A DNA stretch of 64,000 nt from Octopus sinensis (taxonomy: Eukaryota), in assembly GCF_006345805.1 (NCBI RefSeq), contig NC_043007.1, forward strand, positions 32,550,001 through 32,614,000, written 5' to 3'. The position numbers and the translations under genes were made by a program. Shown here piece by piece: positions 1 through 12,000 of the stretch (position 1 is its first letter; every line of letters begins with the position of its first letter). The notes below the pieces were generated by a model. It made no database searches. It was not told the DNA's origin and was given only the letters and a program-made list of their open reading frames with translations.

Positions 1-1329
1 TTAAAAGCCGTGCCAAAGTAAACATTGAGGCTTGACACTGTCCTTGGACACACTGGACCCTGTCAAATGGCCCAACCAATGCCAACATGAAACAGGGACG
101 TCAAATGATGGGGCTGGGAGGGAGGACACAAATATTGGCTAGAATGAGTTGTGGTATTTGTTTCAACATAGTGCTGTGTTGAAATCCTGCTGGAGTCATA
201 CTTATTGTTGATCATTTCAAGGTCAATAAACAAGCGTCAAAACAGGCTGGTGGGTTGGAAGTACTATTATAGCATCAGACAAAAAAAAACTTCTAACAAT
301 ATCTGTTCTGGCCCTTTGCAACCCTTGCAATAACACCAGTGCCAAGTAGCATAATCCCTGAAGTGACACCCTTTCCAGAGACAGACAGACAGACAGATTT
401 AAATGCACAGAAAGCTGCCAAGTCTTCCACAAAAGCACTGTGCCCTAGCTTGTACATATAGGTGACCCTAAGATAGAAATGTTCTGCCTAAATTGCACAA
501 TGATTTATCCAAGTTATTATTGTCTGTTTTAACCTATATGAAACTGATAGACAATTGATTTTATCTATAGATGAATTAAACAAGATGACTTGGTTTAGAA
601 TATATTTTTTAAGAAAAAAATATACATAGTATTATTTTATCTTTTTATCAGTTAATTAACCTATCATTATGTTATTTATATAAGGAGAAACCCAACAGTG
701 TGATTTGGAAAAACATAGCGTATCACACTCTATATTTATTTCATAGCTTATGTTATTTTTTTAACAGTTAAATTTAATAGACTGCTGCAAAATTTATAGC
801 CAAGCAATATAAAAGGTAGTTGGTTTAAAGTAATATCAAATTTTTTATGTAAAGCACAAGACCAATTTTTGTAAAAGTAAGCTGTACCTAATTCAGTTTA
901 ACAGGTTAAAAAAAACATTATTGGTACTCATTTCAATAATCCTGTGGATATGAAAGCCAAGTCAATTTCAAAACCAAATGGGCTTTTTAAGGATTTTTTT
1001 CAGTAAATTTTAACCAATATGATTAAATATTTAAATGCTAAGATGGATGAAACAATGTCAAATTATTTGTTTTTGTTTTTTTAAATACCTAATTAGTTGT
1101 TTTTTAAATTTTATAACACATTTTATAAATGATGATGTTTTTAGTTATACATTCCCAATGAAGTTTGTCTTGTAACGAAATCCGAGCAAATATCACAACA
1201 GAATTCTGTTTTAAAGCACCAGTTGAATGGTTTTCTTTTTGCTCTTTACATTTAAAGCTGGTAACTACAATATTTTGGTTAAAACAAGCACTAATAATTG
1301 CCATCTCTAATTCTACCTACTTCTCATAA

Positions 1330-3130
1330 ACATTCAGAGCTCTAATTCAAAGATGTTGTCTTACTTCTTTCACCTCCATCTATCTATCCATGAGCAATTG
1401 TCTTTCTCCTTTTGAAATCTTCAGTTCTAAGAACATAATGTTTTTCTGATGTCATCCACCATTGATTCAGACATGACCAAGGAATTTTAATCTTTGACAA
1501 TCACTGCTTCCTTCACTTTCAGTAGTATTGATCCGTTTGTTCTTTTTGTCCACGACATTCCCAGTAATCTTCAGCACCATATTTCAAATGCATTCATTTT
1601 CCATCTACCTTGCTTATTAATTCGTATCCAGAGACATCATTACAGAATATACCATTGATTTCGACAGTCTTCACATTGTTATTTAGGATATGCTTTTGTC
1701 TTTGATAATTTTCTCTAGTCCGATCAATGCAGCCTTCTCATGAGGCCATTCTACTTTCACTTTCATTCAAACATTCCCCACGTCTTTCAATCTTGCATCC
1801 AAGTAAAACAAATCAGCCACTGCTTCCCCCATCTAATCTCTAATCTTAAATTCTTTTAAATTTAAATCAGACTTTTTTTTTTTTTACTTTTAATTCCAAT
1901 CCACCTTTACACTTCTTCTATCAACAATGTTGTGTCATCCACTTATCTCAGGTTGTTGACTGCTATTTTTAACTCCCCACTTATCTCACCTGACCCTGCT
2001 TACCACATATTCTTCTCTATGCACATTAAAAAGTACAAGGAAAATACGCAAACTTGTCTCACTCCTTTCTTGACCATAAATCACATGTCATCCCAATCTT
2101 TGTCCTTACTCTAACTTCTTGTTCTCAATAAACGTTTCATACCTGAAAGACTATAATGCTTAGGCACACCCATTTCTTTCAGCCACTTTCATAGGGCTTA
2201 ATGATCATTCAACTAATTGCAAATTTTGTTCTATAAGCAATTTAAAGGTGTCTTCATCAACTGTTTTCCTATAGTTCAATGGTGCTTCTTTTCTTTCACT
2301 ACTTCAAAAACTGCCAAACTTAGTTCTGCTTCCATTATGTTTGGTACTTCTCAAGCTCTTTTAGTATATATGTTTTACAAACAACTAGCACATGCAAGTG
2401 CTACCAGTCAAGAACTCCACATACTGGAAGTCAACAAGTGTATGGGGTCATCAGGAGAGAATGCACACCATTTTGGGGCCTACTTCTCGACAGCATTGAT
2501 CGCACCAGCTCCTCTCACTTACATGAGGCCCTGATATGAAACCCTGCTTGCTAGATCAACTGGTTATCAAATAAAGCTTAACATTCTTCTAGCCATTGCT
2601 CATCGTCTCTTGTTAACCAAATCTATTCTATACAGAGTTTGTATATCTTACACACAAGTCGTCTTCTATATAAACTATCAGGCTTTTAATAGTACTTCTT
2701 TCATTGATATGTTGCCCATTTTTATCCTGTAGAAAACTGATTCTAGGCACTAACTTTCTAGAAATTTCTTATCATATTTGAAGATAAGTGCTTTTTTTCT
2801 GCTGGTTTTCTCCTGCACTTTTACATTCTTTCTTCAAATAATTGTCCGTCTTTTTTACGGCATGTTAGAACTCACTATTCACTTTTTTCAAATTCCTTAA
2901 TATCTTCCATTGCTTTTGTCCATTAGCATTCCTCAGCAATTTCTATTGTTTTTGTTCAAATTCATTTTCTCTTTCTTAATATTTATCTTCTTATAAGACG
3001 ATTACTTGGAACCTCTTGAAATAATGGCTTTCGTTTCTTGGCTTAGCTCTACAGAATATCTGTACATAGATTCTTGGCTTCCATAGCATCAACTTCTTCT
3101 TACTAATTTTTGAAAAAAATCATATCTCTC
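1330..3130 (-). mobile_element. Degraded RTE-clade LINE (ORF2 remnant), interrupted by another repeat at ~2390-2640
   Basis: Minus-strand translation gives NAFEIWC..LGMSWTKRTN..(RTE C-terminus) and an EAELSLAV..K..GxD-like segment, with many stops. Confidence 0.6.
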
Positions 3131-4404
3131 AAGGCACATAGCTGTCTCTGTTGTCTTGAATTTAAGCTCTATTTACTTACAATTCTTTCTACAACAGGTA
3201 CAAAGCCTGAAATTTTGGGAGAAGGGGTTAGTTGATTAAACTGACCCCAGTCCTCAACTGGTACTTATTTTACTGACCCCATAAAGATGAAAGACTAAGT
3301 TGACCTCAGAAAGTAAAACTACAAGAAAGGCTGCAAAACATTTTGTCCAGAGTGCTAACAATTCTGCCACCTTGTTCTTTATCTTTACAATAATTAAATA
3401 TCATCAAGAATTTAGAAAACTGAATTATTTATCAACTTATTGGTTACTTTCTGTTGTTTTTATATAAATGTTGTTTTTTATTGTGTATCAATGAAAAAGT
3501 TTAATGAAAACTTTCTGTAGCATTACTAAGCCACTGAAGAATCTTTTAACATAAGTTTTATAGAATTATAGAACACTGAATATCTAAGTCTTTTGAAAAG
3601 AATTTAGCGCATTTTTCACATGCAGCTGGTGTGAAGTGCATTTTTACAGAAGAATAAAACAAGATAACTTGCTTTTAGAACATATTTAGGAAACATATTT
3701 AAAACCATGGTATGTTATTTAGACCACATCGTAGTCCAACTATATTTATTGTTGAGATACAATAAGTTCAAATTATTTTATCTTTTCTTTAAAAAGCCAC
3801 AGGGAACAATAAATACAATTTTAAAATAAAAATGAGAAAAGAAAAAAATGAATTTTTAAAAAAATCTGATTTGTGTTCAGAAAATGATGTTTGTTTCAAA
3901 ACCGGAATAATACAAAATTAAAGGCAGAAAAATCCACCCATTTTCTTTTAAAATTCTAATTGAAAAACATTCGTTAATGCTAAATTTTAAAACCATGGGG
4001 ACACTTTAAATTAGTTAAATAACATCAATACAACTACAAAATGTCCTAATTATAGTAAATACATTTTAAACATTAACATTTTACTATGAGCATTCTCTAC
4101 TTAAATTCTAAATATTAATAATAATAATAATATAATAATAATAATAATAATCATAATAATGGGGGCAATAACAGTAGCATAATTTCTGTAAATACAGATT
4201 TCATAAGAGAAAGAGAGATAGAGAGAGATGAAATTATTGCCTATAAATGTTAAAGGAACTAAAATGAGAGAAATATGTGCACAGGTGCACACATGCTTGT
4301 GAGTAGCAAAAATAAGAGAAGCTGGTCTGCAGAATGTAAACGGAGAAAGAATTAAGAGTGTTACAGCTTTGAAGTTATAAATTTCTTGAAGTAAATGTTT
4401 TTAC

Positions 4405-4581
4405 CTGTTCCGATTCCTTGATCCAAAAGTGGCAGTTCATAACGGTTAATGGAACTGTGGGCTGAGGGCATGGTACTATTGTGGTTAATTCGGCTGTAGG
4501 GCTGATTGTAATTACTCCAGTGGTTTGGATCCATGGTGAGACAGTACCAGCCAACAGCAGCACCAGCAGGTCTTGCAATGC
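4405..4581 (-). CDS. Candidate exon, unidentified gene ((G)IARPAGAAVGWYCLTMDPNHWSNYNQPYSRINHNSTMPSAHSSINRYELPLLDQGIGT)
   Basis: atctttAG acceptor and CAG|GTAAAA donor. 177 nt symmetric, GC-richer island in very AT-rich flanks. A second frame is also open. Confidence 0.6.
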
Positions 4582-5837
4582 CTAAAGATGATACAGGCAG
4601 TAATGGAGAGGGATTCACGTTCTATTTTAAACTCATCTATACACGAACCAGCAGCATTTCAGAAATATTGCTTCCTATACAAAAAAATAAATAAATACAA
4701 AAATAATTTAATTGCTTGAAGCAAAACTGAAAACTAAAAAAATTCAAATAAAAAAAAGGGACACTCATTAATGGTGTAATTTTAAGCAAATTTTAGGAAG
4801 TTTACAAGTAAAAAATTCAAAAGCAGTTTTTGGGGTTTTTTTAAGGACACCATAATTTCATATATTTGAAATTTTGTTAATGCTAACTGATACTGGAGCC
4901 AAAACTGAAGATATTTTAACAGAACAGACTGGACATTATGAAATTATATTTTTGCCAAAATGCAATAAGTTTGATACGGTCGTCACCATCATCATCTCTT
5001 TTCCATGCTGGCAATGGTTGGATGGTTTGACAGGAGCAGGCAAGCCAGGGGACTGCAACAAACCCCCACTGTCAGTTTTGACATGGTTTCTATGGCTGGA
5101 TGTCCTTCCTAAACCCAACCACTTTACAGAGTATACTAAGTACTTTTTATGTGGTACAAGCACTGGCAAAGCCGCCAACATAGTTTGCAAGACAATAACT
5201 TCTCAAATGGGAGGGGACATGGTATTGAGGGAGGTGGCTTTGTGCCAGGTGATGGAAAGGACAGAAACAGGTGTCTTGCTCTAGAAGAAAAGATACATGG
5301 CTATTACAGTTGGAGAAAGAGCACCCAAGCACTTATTACACACTTGGAGTGGTTGGCATTAGGAAGGGCATTCATCATAGAAAACAGTGCCAAATCAGAC
5401 AGGAGTCTAGTGCAGCCTTCCAGCATACCAACCTGGTCAAATCGTCCAGCCCATGACAGTATGGTCAACAGACATTAAATGATGATGATGATGATGTAAA
5501 AACGTGCATGTGCAAATACATAAAAGTTTTTAGTTGGTTTTAAATCTGATGGAAACAAATTTGTGTGATTATACTTTTGACCAATACTAATTCAGCTAAT
5601 TATCAATCAAAAGAGGATTGGATGAAAATGATGGAATGACAGATGATTTCCAAGATCTGATCATAAACAATGATACAGTCTGATAAAGAAGAACCGGCTA
5701 GATATAATCATAAACAACTGTTAAAATTAAAAAACAAAACATGTAACTTCATTATTTGTGCTTTGAGCCCATGTTCAAGACAGGCAGAGCTCTCAGTTAA
5801 ATGCTCCTTATATATTTCAAAGTACTGGAATCCTTAA

Positions 5838-6057
5838 CCCTTTAGTATTTAAACCGGCCATATCCGGCCCAAATATTCTACATGTTTTATATTCAAACTG
5901 GCAATATCTAGCCTCTCACACCTAACCTACATTGGCGTTCTAAAAATAAACAATCACATCATTGAAACTCCAAAGCTATAAGATAATGCATGATTAATTC
6001 AAAACAATTTGAGTGAAAAAGTATTACATTTAACAGAGTAATCTGAATGCTAAAGAG
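5838..6057. mobile_element. piggyBac-type MITE
   Basis: TTAA on both sides, TIRs CCCTTTAG(T/C)ATT / AATGCTAAAGAG. A degenerate relative lies at ~14960-15160. Confidence 0.7.
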
Positions 6058-6472
6058 TTAAATAAATAAATAAATAAAGAGAGAGAGAGGGGGGGGACTG
6101 GTTATTTTTACCATTTTTAATGTTAGCTTCATTTAAAGTTTTACCACGTTCACAAATGACATTGACATTGAAATCTCCAGACACATTGGAGGGTCATGAT
6201 TCACCAATGTCACCCAAACAATTCCTTTTATTGAACTGCTAGACTTCTTGAGAGTACCAGTTCAATAAAAGTCCTGACCACATGCAAAAGGCATGTAACA
6301 ACAGAACGACATGAGCAAACAATTATACCACAGACTGACTTGAGTAGACAGGTGCAGAGTGCATATGTTGACTGGTTACACACTTACATATTAATAAGAG
6401 AACAGAAAAACTACTCAGAATACAAAGACAAAATATAACTATTAATCCAGCAAAGAAAGTTGTGCTATATTA

Positions 6473-6576
6473 TAAATTAGTAGTTTCCAAGTTTCTTTTG
6501 TGATTCTGTGGTGGTGTTTTGCTGTGCATGAAGTAGTCGTGAGGGTTAGCATGAGGGTTAACAACATGAGAGGAAC
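6473..6576 (-). CDS. Candidate terminal exon (SSHVVNPHANPHDYFMHSKTPPQNHKRNLETTNL*)
   Basis: ctcccAG acceptor, phase 2, stop followed by AT-rich UTR-like DNA. An upstream acceptor would instead give a Thr-rich exon. Confidence 0.3.
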
Positions 6577-6589
6577 TGGGAGTACCGAG

Positions 6590-6830
6590 TAGCAGTAGCA
6601 GCAGTAGTAGTAGTAGTAGTAGTAGCAGCAGTAGTAGTAGTCGTGGTCATAGTAGTAGTAGTGGTACCGGCGGCAGTGGCAGTAGTAGTGGTAGTGGTAT
6701 TGGTACTGGCGGCGGTGACAGTAGTAGTAGTAGTGGTAGTAGTAGTGGTGGTGGTGGTGCTGCTGCTGCTGCTGCTGGCGGTGGTGGCAGTAGTAGTGGT
6801 CGTGGTCATAGTAGTAGTAGTAGATTTGGA
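6590..6830 (-). repeat. Compound trinucleotide repeat (ACT/ACC/AGC)n, Thr/Ser-rich if translated
   Basis: Seen directly; lies within ORF 6558-6914. Confidence 0.9.
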
Positions 6831-7029
6831 CTTGTCAGAAGCATCACTGTGGAGGATCACATGATCAAACAGTGACTCTAGAGAGGATGGAGAAGTCAGT
6901 GATAACAGGCTCATTCAATGATATCATGATTAGCAGATGTGACTGGGGGGGGGGGGGAATATTTAGGAGCTAATTTATTCAATTAGTGTTAACTGAGTTT
7001 TTTTCATCTTCATGCTTAATCCAAGCTGT

Positions 7030-7340
7030 GCTTCTGCCAGCCAGCATGAATCAGATGATACGTATCTGTGAGATATCATTCCAACTTCTCTGAGTACCAG
7101 AAAATTTATGACTAACATATGTTATGGTCTTTCCATCTGGAGGCATCGTTCCTGCTACTACAAATTCAACAAGAGTTGCTTTGCATTTCAGTGGGGGATA
7201 TTGTCAAAAAAGTGGTATTGTGCAAGTTCTATTCTCCTCTTAAAGGCCTTTTCTTGCTGTGTTGCCCAAGTAAAGACTTTCCTTTTTGCTGCAAGCGACA
7301 GTGAGGTTTTGTCTGCAAATTTTGCTATAAATTGGTGATA
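7030..7340 (-). mobile_element. Gypsy LTR-retrotransposon RT/RNase H relic
   Basis: QFIAKFADKT...VFTWATQQEKAF and DGKTITYVSHKFSGTQRSW resemble RFIPNFA..FEWTEEQEKAF and RPIAYASRKLS.AE.NY. Confidence 0.6.
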
Positions 7341-7363
7341 ACAGTTTATCACTGATCTTATTC

Positions 7364-7844
7364 CACCCTGAGGGTGGAAGATATTAAGCGACTAGAATCC
7401 TTAGATCACCTCTGTCTGCGCCACATCTTTCGTGTCCAATGGCATCACTTTGTCTCCAACAATTCGGTGCGACACCAGTGCAAAATCACCTCCCTCCGAC
7501 AAGTCATCCTAACGAGACATCTGCGTTGGCTGGGTCATGCCCTCCGTCGTCAACCAGGAGAATTCATCTACGAAGCAATTGCTCCAGCTCCCCTTCAGGA
7601 TTGGCGAAAGCGATGTGGTGGACAACAAAAAACCTGGCTGATGGCAGTCAAGGCTGATCTGGAACCCAACCTAGGCCCCCTTATCTATGGCGTTCGCCGC
7701 TGGAATAAGGAGTGGTTGGAGATCACGCAGTCGTTAGCCTCAAATCGCCAGGCCTGGTCGGTGTTTGTGAGAGATGCAGCATTGAGGATGAATGAAGCCA
7801 GCTCAAACCACCCCAGGTGAATGCTGTCTCAAGTCAAGTCAAGT
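7364..7844 (+). mobile_element. 5'-truncated RTE LINE 3' end with intact reading frame
   Basis: RHLRWLGHALRR..RKRCGGQQKTW motif, (CAAGT)3 tail, and 13 bp TSD ACTGATCTTATTC at 7351-7363 and 7845-7857. Confidence 0.9.
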
Positions 7845-8394
7845 ACTGATCTTATTCACAATGTATTTTTACAGGAAGAAAAGAAAGAAAGAAAAACACT
7901 AATAGTATAAAAGGTCAAATTATCAAGGAAAGAAAAAACCCATAACTACCTCTTCAAGGAAACAAAAAAAGGGGTAGGGGTGGGGGAGTTATGGGTTGGG
8001 CACCACAGGACAAATGGCATATTTAGCCGCACCACACAGACATGATTGCAAAGGCGTTACCACAGAGAATGGGCAGCAACACTCGCTACAACAGCCACTC
8101 CACATCATGGGGTTCATTTCTCAGACAGGCGGCAGTTATCCAGATTTTGCAGACAGACTATATGGTGGTATAATCCTATGCTCTGAAATATTGATTCCTT
8201 AAAAAAATCTATGCAAGACACAGTTTCCACCAATGAAATTTCACTTACAAAGGTATTGGTTATTCTGAGACTAAAATAGAAGACACTTGCCTAAGGTGTC
8301 ACACAGATCAAACTCCAAATTCTGTGGTTGTGAAATGAAATTCTTAACCACAGGGTCTTGCTAATAATATTGAGATAATATATTACATATAGAT

Positions 8395-8741
8395 GCCAGT
8401 GCCACCTGACTGGCTTCCCGTGCTGGTGGCACGTAAAAAGCACCGTCCGAAGATGGTCGATGCCAGTCCCCCACCAACAGGTTCCTGTGCTGGTGGCATG
8501 TAAAAAGCACCATCCAGAGGAGTCAATGCCAGTGCCGCCTGATGGCTCCCGTGCCGGTGACACATAAAAAGCACCCACTACATTCTCGGAGTGGTTGGTG
8601 TTAGGAAGGGCATCCAGCTGTAGAAATATTGCCAGATAAGATTGGAGCCTGGCGCAGCCTCCTGGCTTGCCAGTCCCCAGTCAAACCATCCAACCCATGC
8701 CAGCATGGAAAACGGATGTTAAACAATGATGATGATGATGA
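8395..8741 (-). mobile_element. SINE family C (GGATGCCCTTCCTAACGCCAACC core, Meta-domain-like, (CAT)n end)
   Basis: Same core also at ~5140-5480, 12330-12680, 15740-15990, 23100-23270, 23335-23502, 34171-34810, 47540-47978, 49200-49440, 63835-63940. Orientation is given relative to the (CAT)n end. Confidence 0.8.
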
Positions 8742-8748
8742 TAGTTAC

Positions 8749-8968
8749 AAGGCGGTGAGCAGACAGAATTGTTAGTATGCTAGGCAAAATGTTTAACAGC
8801 ATTTTGTCTGTCTTTACACTCTGAGTTCAAATTCTGCTGAGGTCAACTTTGCCCTTCATCCTTTCGGGACCAATAAAGTAAGTACCAGCTAAGCACTGGG
8901 GATGATGTAATCAACCTGGCTCCTCTCCCGAAATTGTTGGCCTTGTGTCAAAATTTGTAATCATTATA
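8749..8968 (+). mobile_element. SINE family A (tRNA-like head, TTTCATCCTTTCGGGGTCGATAAA core)
   Basis: GAGTTCAAATT B-box-like motif plus shared core. Other copies at ~3197-3372(-), 13622-13840, 14212-14440, 24740-24900(-), 46030-46230(-), 47255-47450, 47980-48170, 51687-51900, 53450-53700, 57760-57930(-). Confidence 0.85.
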
Positions 8969-9778
8969 TTACATATATTCTGAATGATAAATCTTCTGAT
9001 ATATAAGTTTTGAACACACATACATGACAGTAAGAAGAAGAATTAAGCGTTTCTTGGAAATAACTTAAAAGCCAAAAAATGGTATTCAAATGAAATCAAT
9101 ATAGCAGAATACTGTACCAAACTTCATACTATATAATTTAACAAATACATACAAATGTGTACAGGAAGTGTCTTAATGGCAAATGGACATAATAAGCTGA
9201 TTGGGTATGAAGGGGTTTGGTCTGGGGCTTAAAAGGAAACGGCAGTTATTGAAAAAAATCAAAAGAGACAGACAGTATATTATGCAAAATGAACGTGAAT
9301 TTGCCTATCATGGTTAGAAATATAGGAAGGCAAATGTAACATTACTGAATTCTAAAAGTGTTCTGCAATGTGATCAGAGCAATGGTAGAGATTATGGAAT
9401 TGTTTTTAGAAATGGTAATTTCATGTAATGAAGAGAAGAGGAACAGAACACTTCTTGTTCTTGGTGACACTCATATAGGCTTTGTGGTAAAAAAAAAAAG
9501 AAATAGGAGTCAGGATTTTTAGATAATATGAAGCCAAATAAGGACAAGTATCACTACAACACTAACGAAAACAAAAAAATTGCCGATGAGGGATAAGGGG
9601 GGGCTCACAAAGGGATTTAAAACAATGAAGGAATGTCTGGTTTAACAGTGTAGTTTAGATAAGACCTTCTCAACTAGGAAGGAGGATAGTTCTGATCAGA
9701 TGCTTTTTAGCTTAGTTCTTTAAGCAACACAAATTGATTCCTGGCCAGTATTGTAGTAAGACAGTAAACCCATTATAT

Positions 9779-10002
9779 ATTTCTTTACTACCCACAAGGG
9801 CTAAACATAGAGGGGACAAACAAGGACAGACAAAGGGATTAAGTCAATTACATCGACCCCAGTGCGAAACTGGTACTTTATTTATCGACCCAGAAAGGAT
9901 GAAAGGCAAAGTCGACCTCAGCGGAATTTGAACTCAGAACGTAACGACAGACGAAATACCACTAAGCATTTCGCCCGGCGCACTAACGTGTCTGCCAGTA
10001 AA
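9779..10002 (-). mobile_element. SINE family A, young copy
   Basis: Near-identical to copies at 27548-27780, 32401-32632 and 56312-56546. Confidence 0.9.
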
Positions 10003-10585
10003 CCCATTATAACACAGCAACACCTGTAGAAATTCAAGATTGTTGGAAGTTCTAAAGAGGACAAAAAAAAAATTACATAATTTTTTTTCTTTTTTTTCCT
10101 CACTATGAACAGTTGCATTGTCAAGAGTCTGCACTCGACACGGGTAGGACAGAAGGTGCAGTTTTCTGAAAATTATAGTCTGTTCTATATACTTATCCCT
10201 TTCAAATGAAAACTTGTCAATTATTTTTATCATTACGTCAAGAAATGAATGCAATCTAGAAAGAGTGATACAAAGCTGTCTCTGAGAAAACACTGATTCA
10301 TATCTCTTTGCCATTCCACTAAATGGCTATGTTATTAAAATTATTATTGAAAGACAGTGTCTCATGATGCCAATTTCATTATTTCCATATGCATAATACT
10401 AAATCGCATGTGTCTTTTTCTGTTTGTGACTACTGCAATTATAGCAAAAAAAAGTTTATTGTGGCACTGAAATGTTTTTACTAACGTAACTTTTGAAACA
10501 ACCCCTTTTGCCTAAAATAACTTCCAGTATTTCGTTTTGGGATTTGGTTTGCAAGATTCTTTATATGAGTTTGTGTGTTGAAGCA

Positions 10586-10867
10586 TATTCTGTTGTGTCT
10601 GGGGAGAGTAATTTTCTTTTTGTGCCTAATTATGTAACACACTCACCGGTAAAATTTCCATTTTACTTATTTTTATTGTCCTAAAATTTTCGTTGCATCT
10701 TGCAACCTTTTCAATAGTTTTGACTCTCAAAACCTATTGAAAAGGTTGCAAGACACAACGAAAATTTTAGGAAGATAAAAATAAGAAATAAGTGGAAATT
10801 TTACTGGTGAGTGTTTTATCTAATAAGGCGTAAAAAGAAAATGACTCTCCCCAGACACAACAGAATA
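10586..10867. repeat. Fold-back palindrome, ~138 bp arms with 3 nt loop
   Basis: TATTCTGTTGTGTCTGGGGAGAG...TTTTGA-CTC-TCAAAA...CTCTCCCCAGACACAACAGAATA, with scattered mismatches. Confidence 0.9.
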
Positions 10868-11189
10868 ACTTCCAGTACATTTCTGGGTTCTAGAACACTT
10901 AAAACAAGAATTTTGTTCCTTACTATACTAATGCTGTAAAATAACTTCTCTTTATCAATAGACACTGACAATACACAGACAAAACAGACACATCAAACAC
11001 ATGCGCATTAATAGCAAACACATATACATCAATTTGTAGATAAGTAACTAGCATTATGTGAACGAACACTATTATTTCATATGAAATTTCTCAAGAAAGA
11101 AACTGAAAAATTGTAAGCTTGAGAGGAGGGAGTGAACTAATTCTTCCAATGTGTGTGTGTGTGTGGGGGGGGTTATGAGGCCATGTTGC

Positions 11190-12000
11190 AAATCACATCA
11201 ATAACTAAATGAGAGCAACAGCATTATCATGGTTGGTGACTTCAATAAATTTGTGCAGCACCATAATGGCTACTTAGGAATAGATGGTTATGGTTCTTCT
11301 AGGAATGCAGCAAGGGTTAAGGCTTTTGGGAGTTCTGTGGAACAAATGAGCTAACCATTTGCAGACACAAACTGCTTGATCACCTTCCAATCAAGTGAAC
11401 AGGCAAGCCAGGTAGATTTCACTCTCACTAGGAAAAGGGAAAGACAGGTGGCCGTATATATGAATTCCTTCCTTGATAATGAATTTACCAGAATTCATTG
11501 GTTACTGATTAGAGATTAAAAACTACATGTAGAAACCACACCAAATCAGACTGGAACCTGGTGCAGCTCTCCAGCTCCAGTCAAACCTGCTAACCCATGC
11601 AAGCATGGAGCGCAGGTGATGATGATGATGATGGACTGAGAGTCAGTGGCCATTCTGAAACATCTTCCTGCCAGAGCTTCTCTAGATGATACATTATGAT
11701 GAAAAGGAGGCAGAAGCCCTATATAACATAGAAGAAAACTGGGAGGGTTTCTACAACAGAATCTATTGAAAGCTAGGGACCAGTTTTGTGGCAGGAGCAA
11801 TGTAGCAGCCAAACATAAGGTAACATGGTGCAAGAGGATGATTGCTACATAAGGAAGAGCTGTGCACTCAAAATTAGTGGAACTTGTGGAAGAGGAAGAC
11901 GAAGGAAGACATAGGACAAAGTGTTAGAGGTTGTCTAGAAGATGTTGTGGCTCACAGAGAAAGCAAAGGACAATAGTGATTGGGGGTATGCAGTGCTGCA
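11190..12000 (+). mobile_element. RTE LINE endonuclease relic
   Basis: IIMVGDFN...GYGSSRN..G and SQVDFTLTRK-like motifs, with frameshifts. Confidence 0.55.

Noticed and set aside
2400-2560. Second hammerhead (CTGATGA on minus near 2450)
   Set aside because: There is no GAAA after the putative stem II.
8246-8267. 22 nt minus-strand microexon (ttttAG...GTAAGT)
   Set aside because: The splice signals are good, but the length shifts the frame and there is no independent support.
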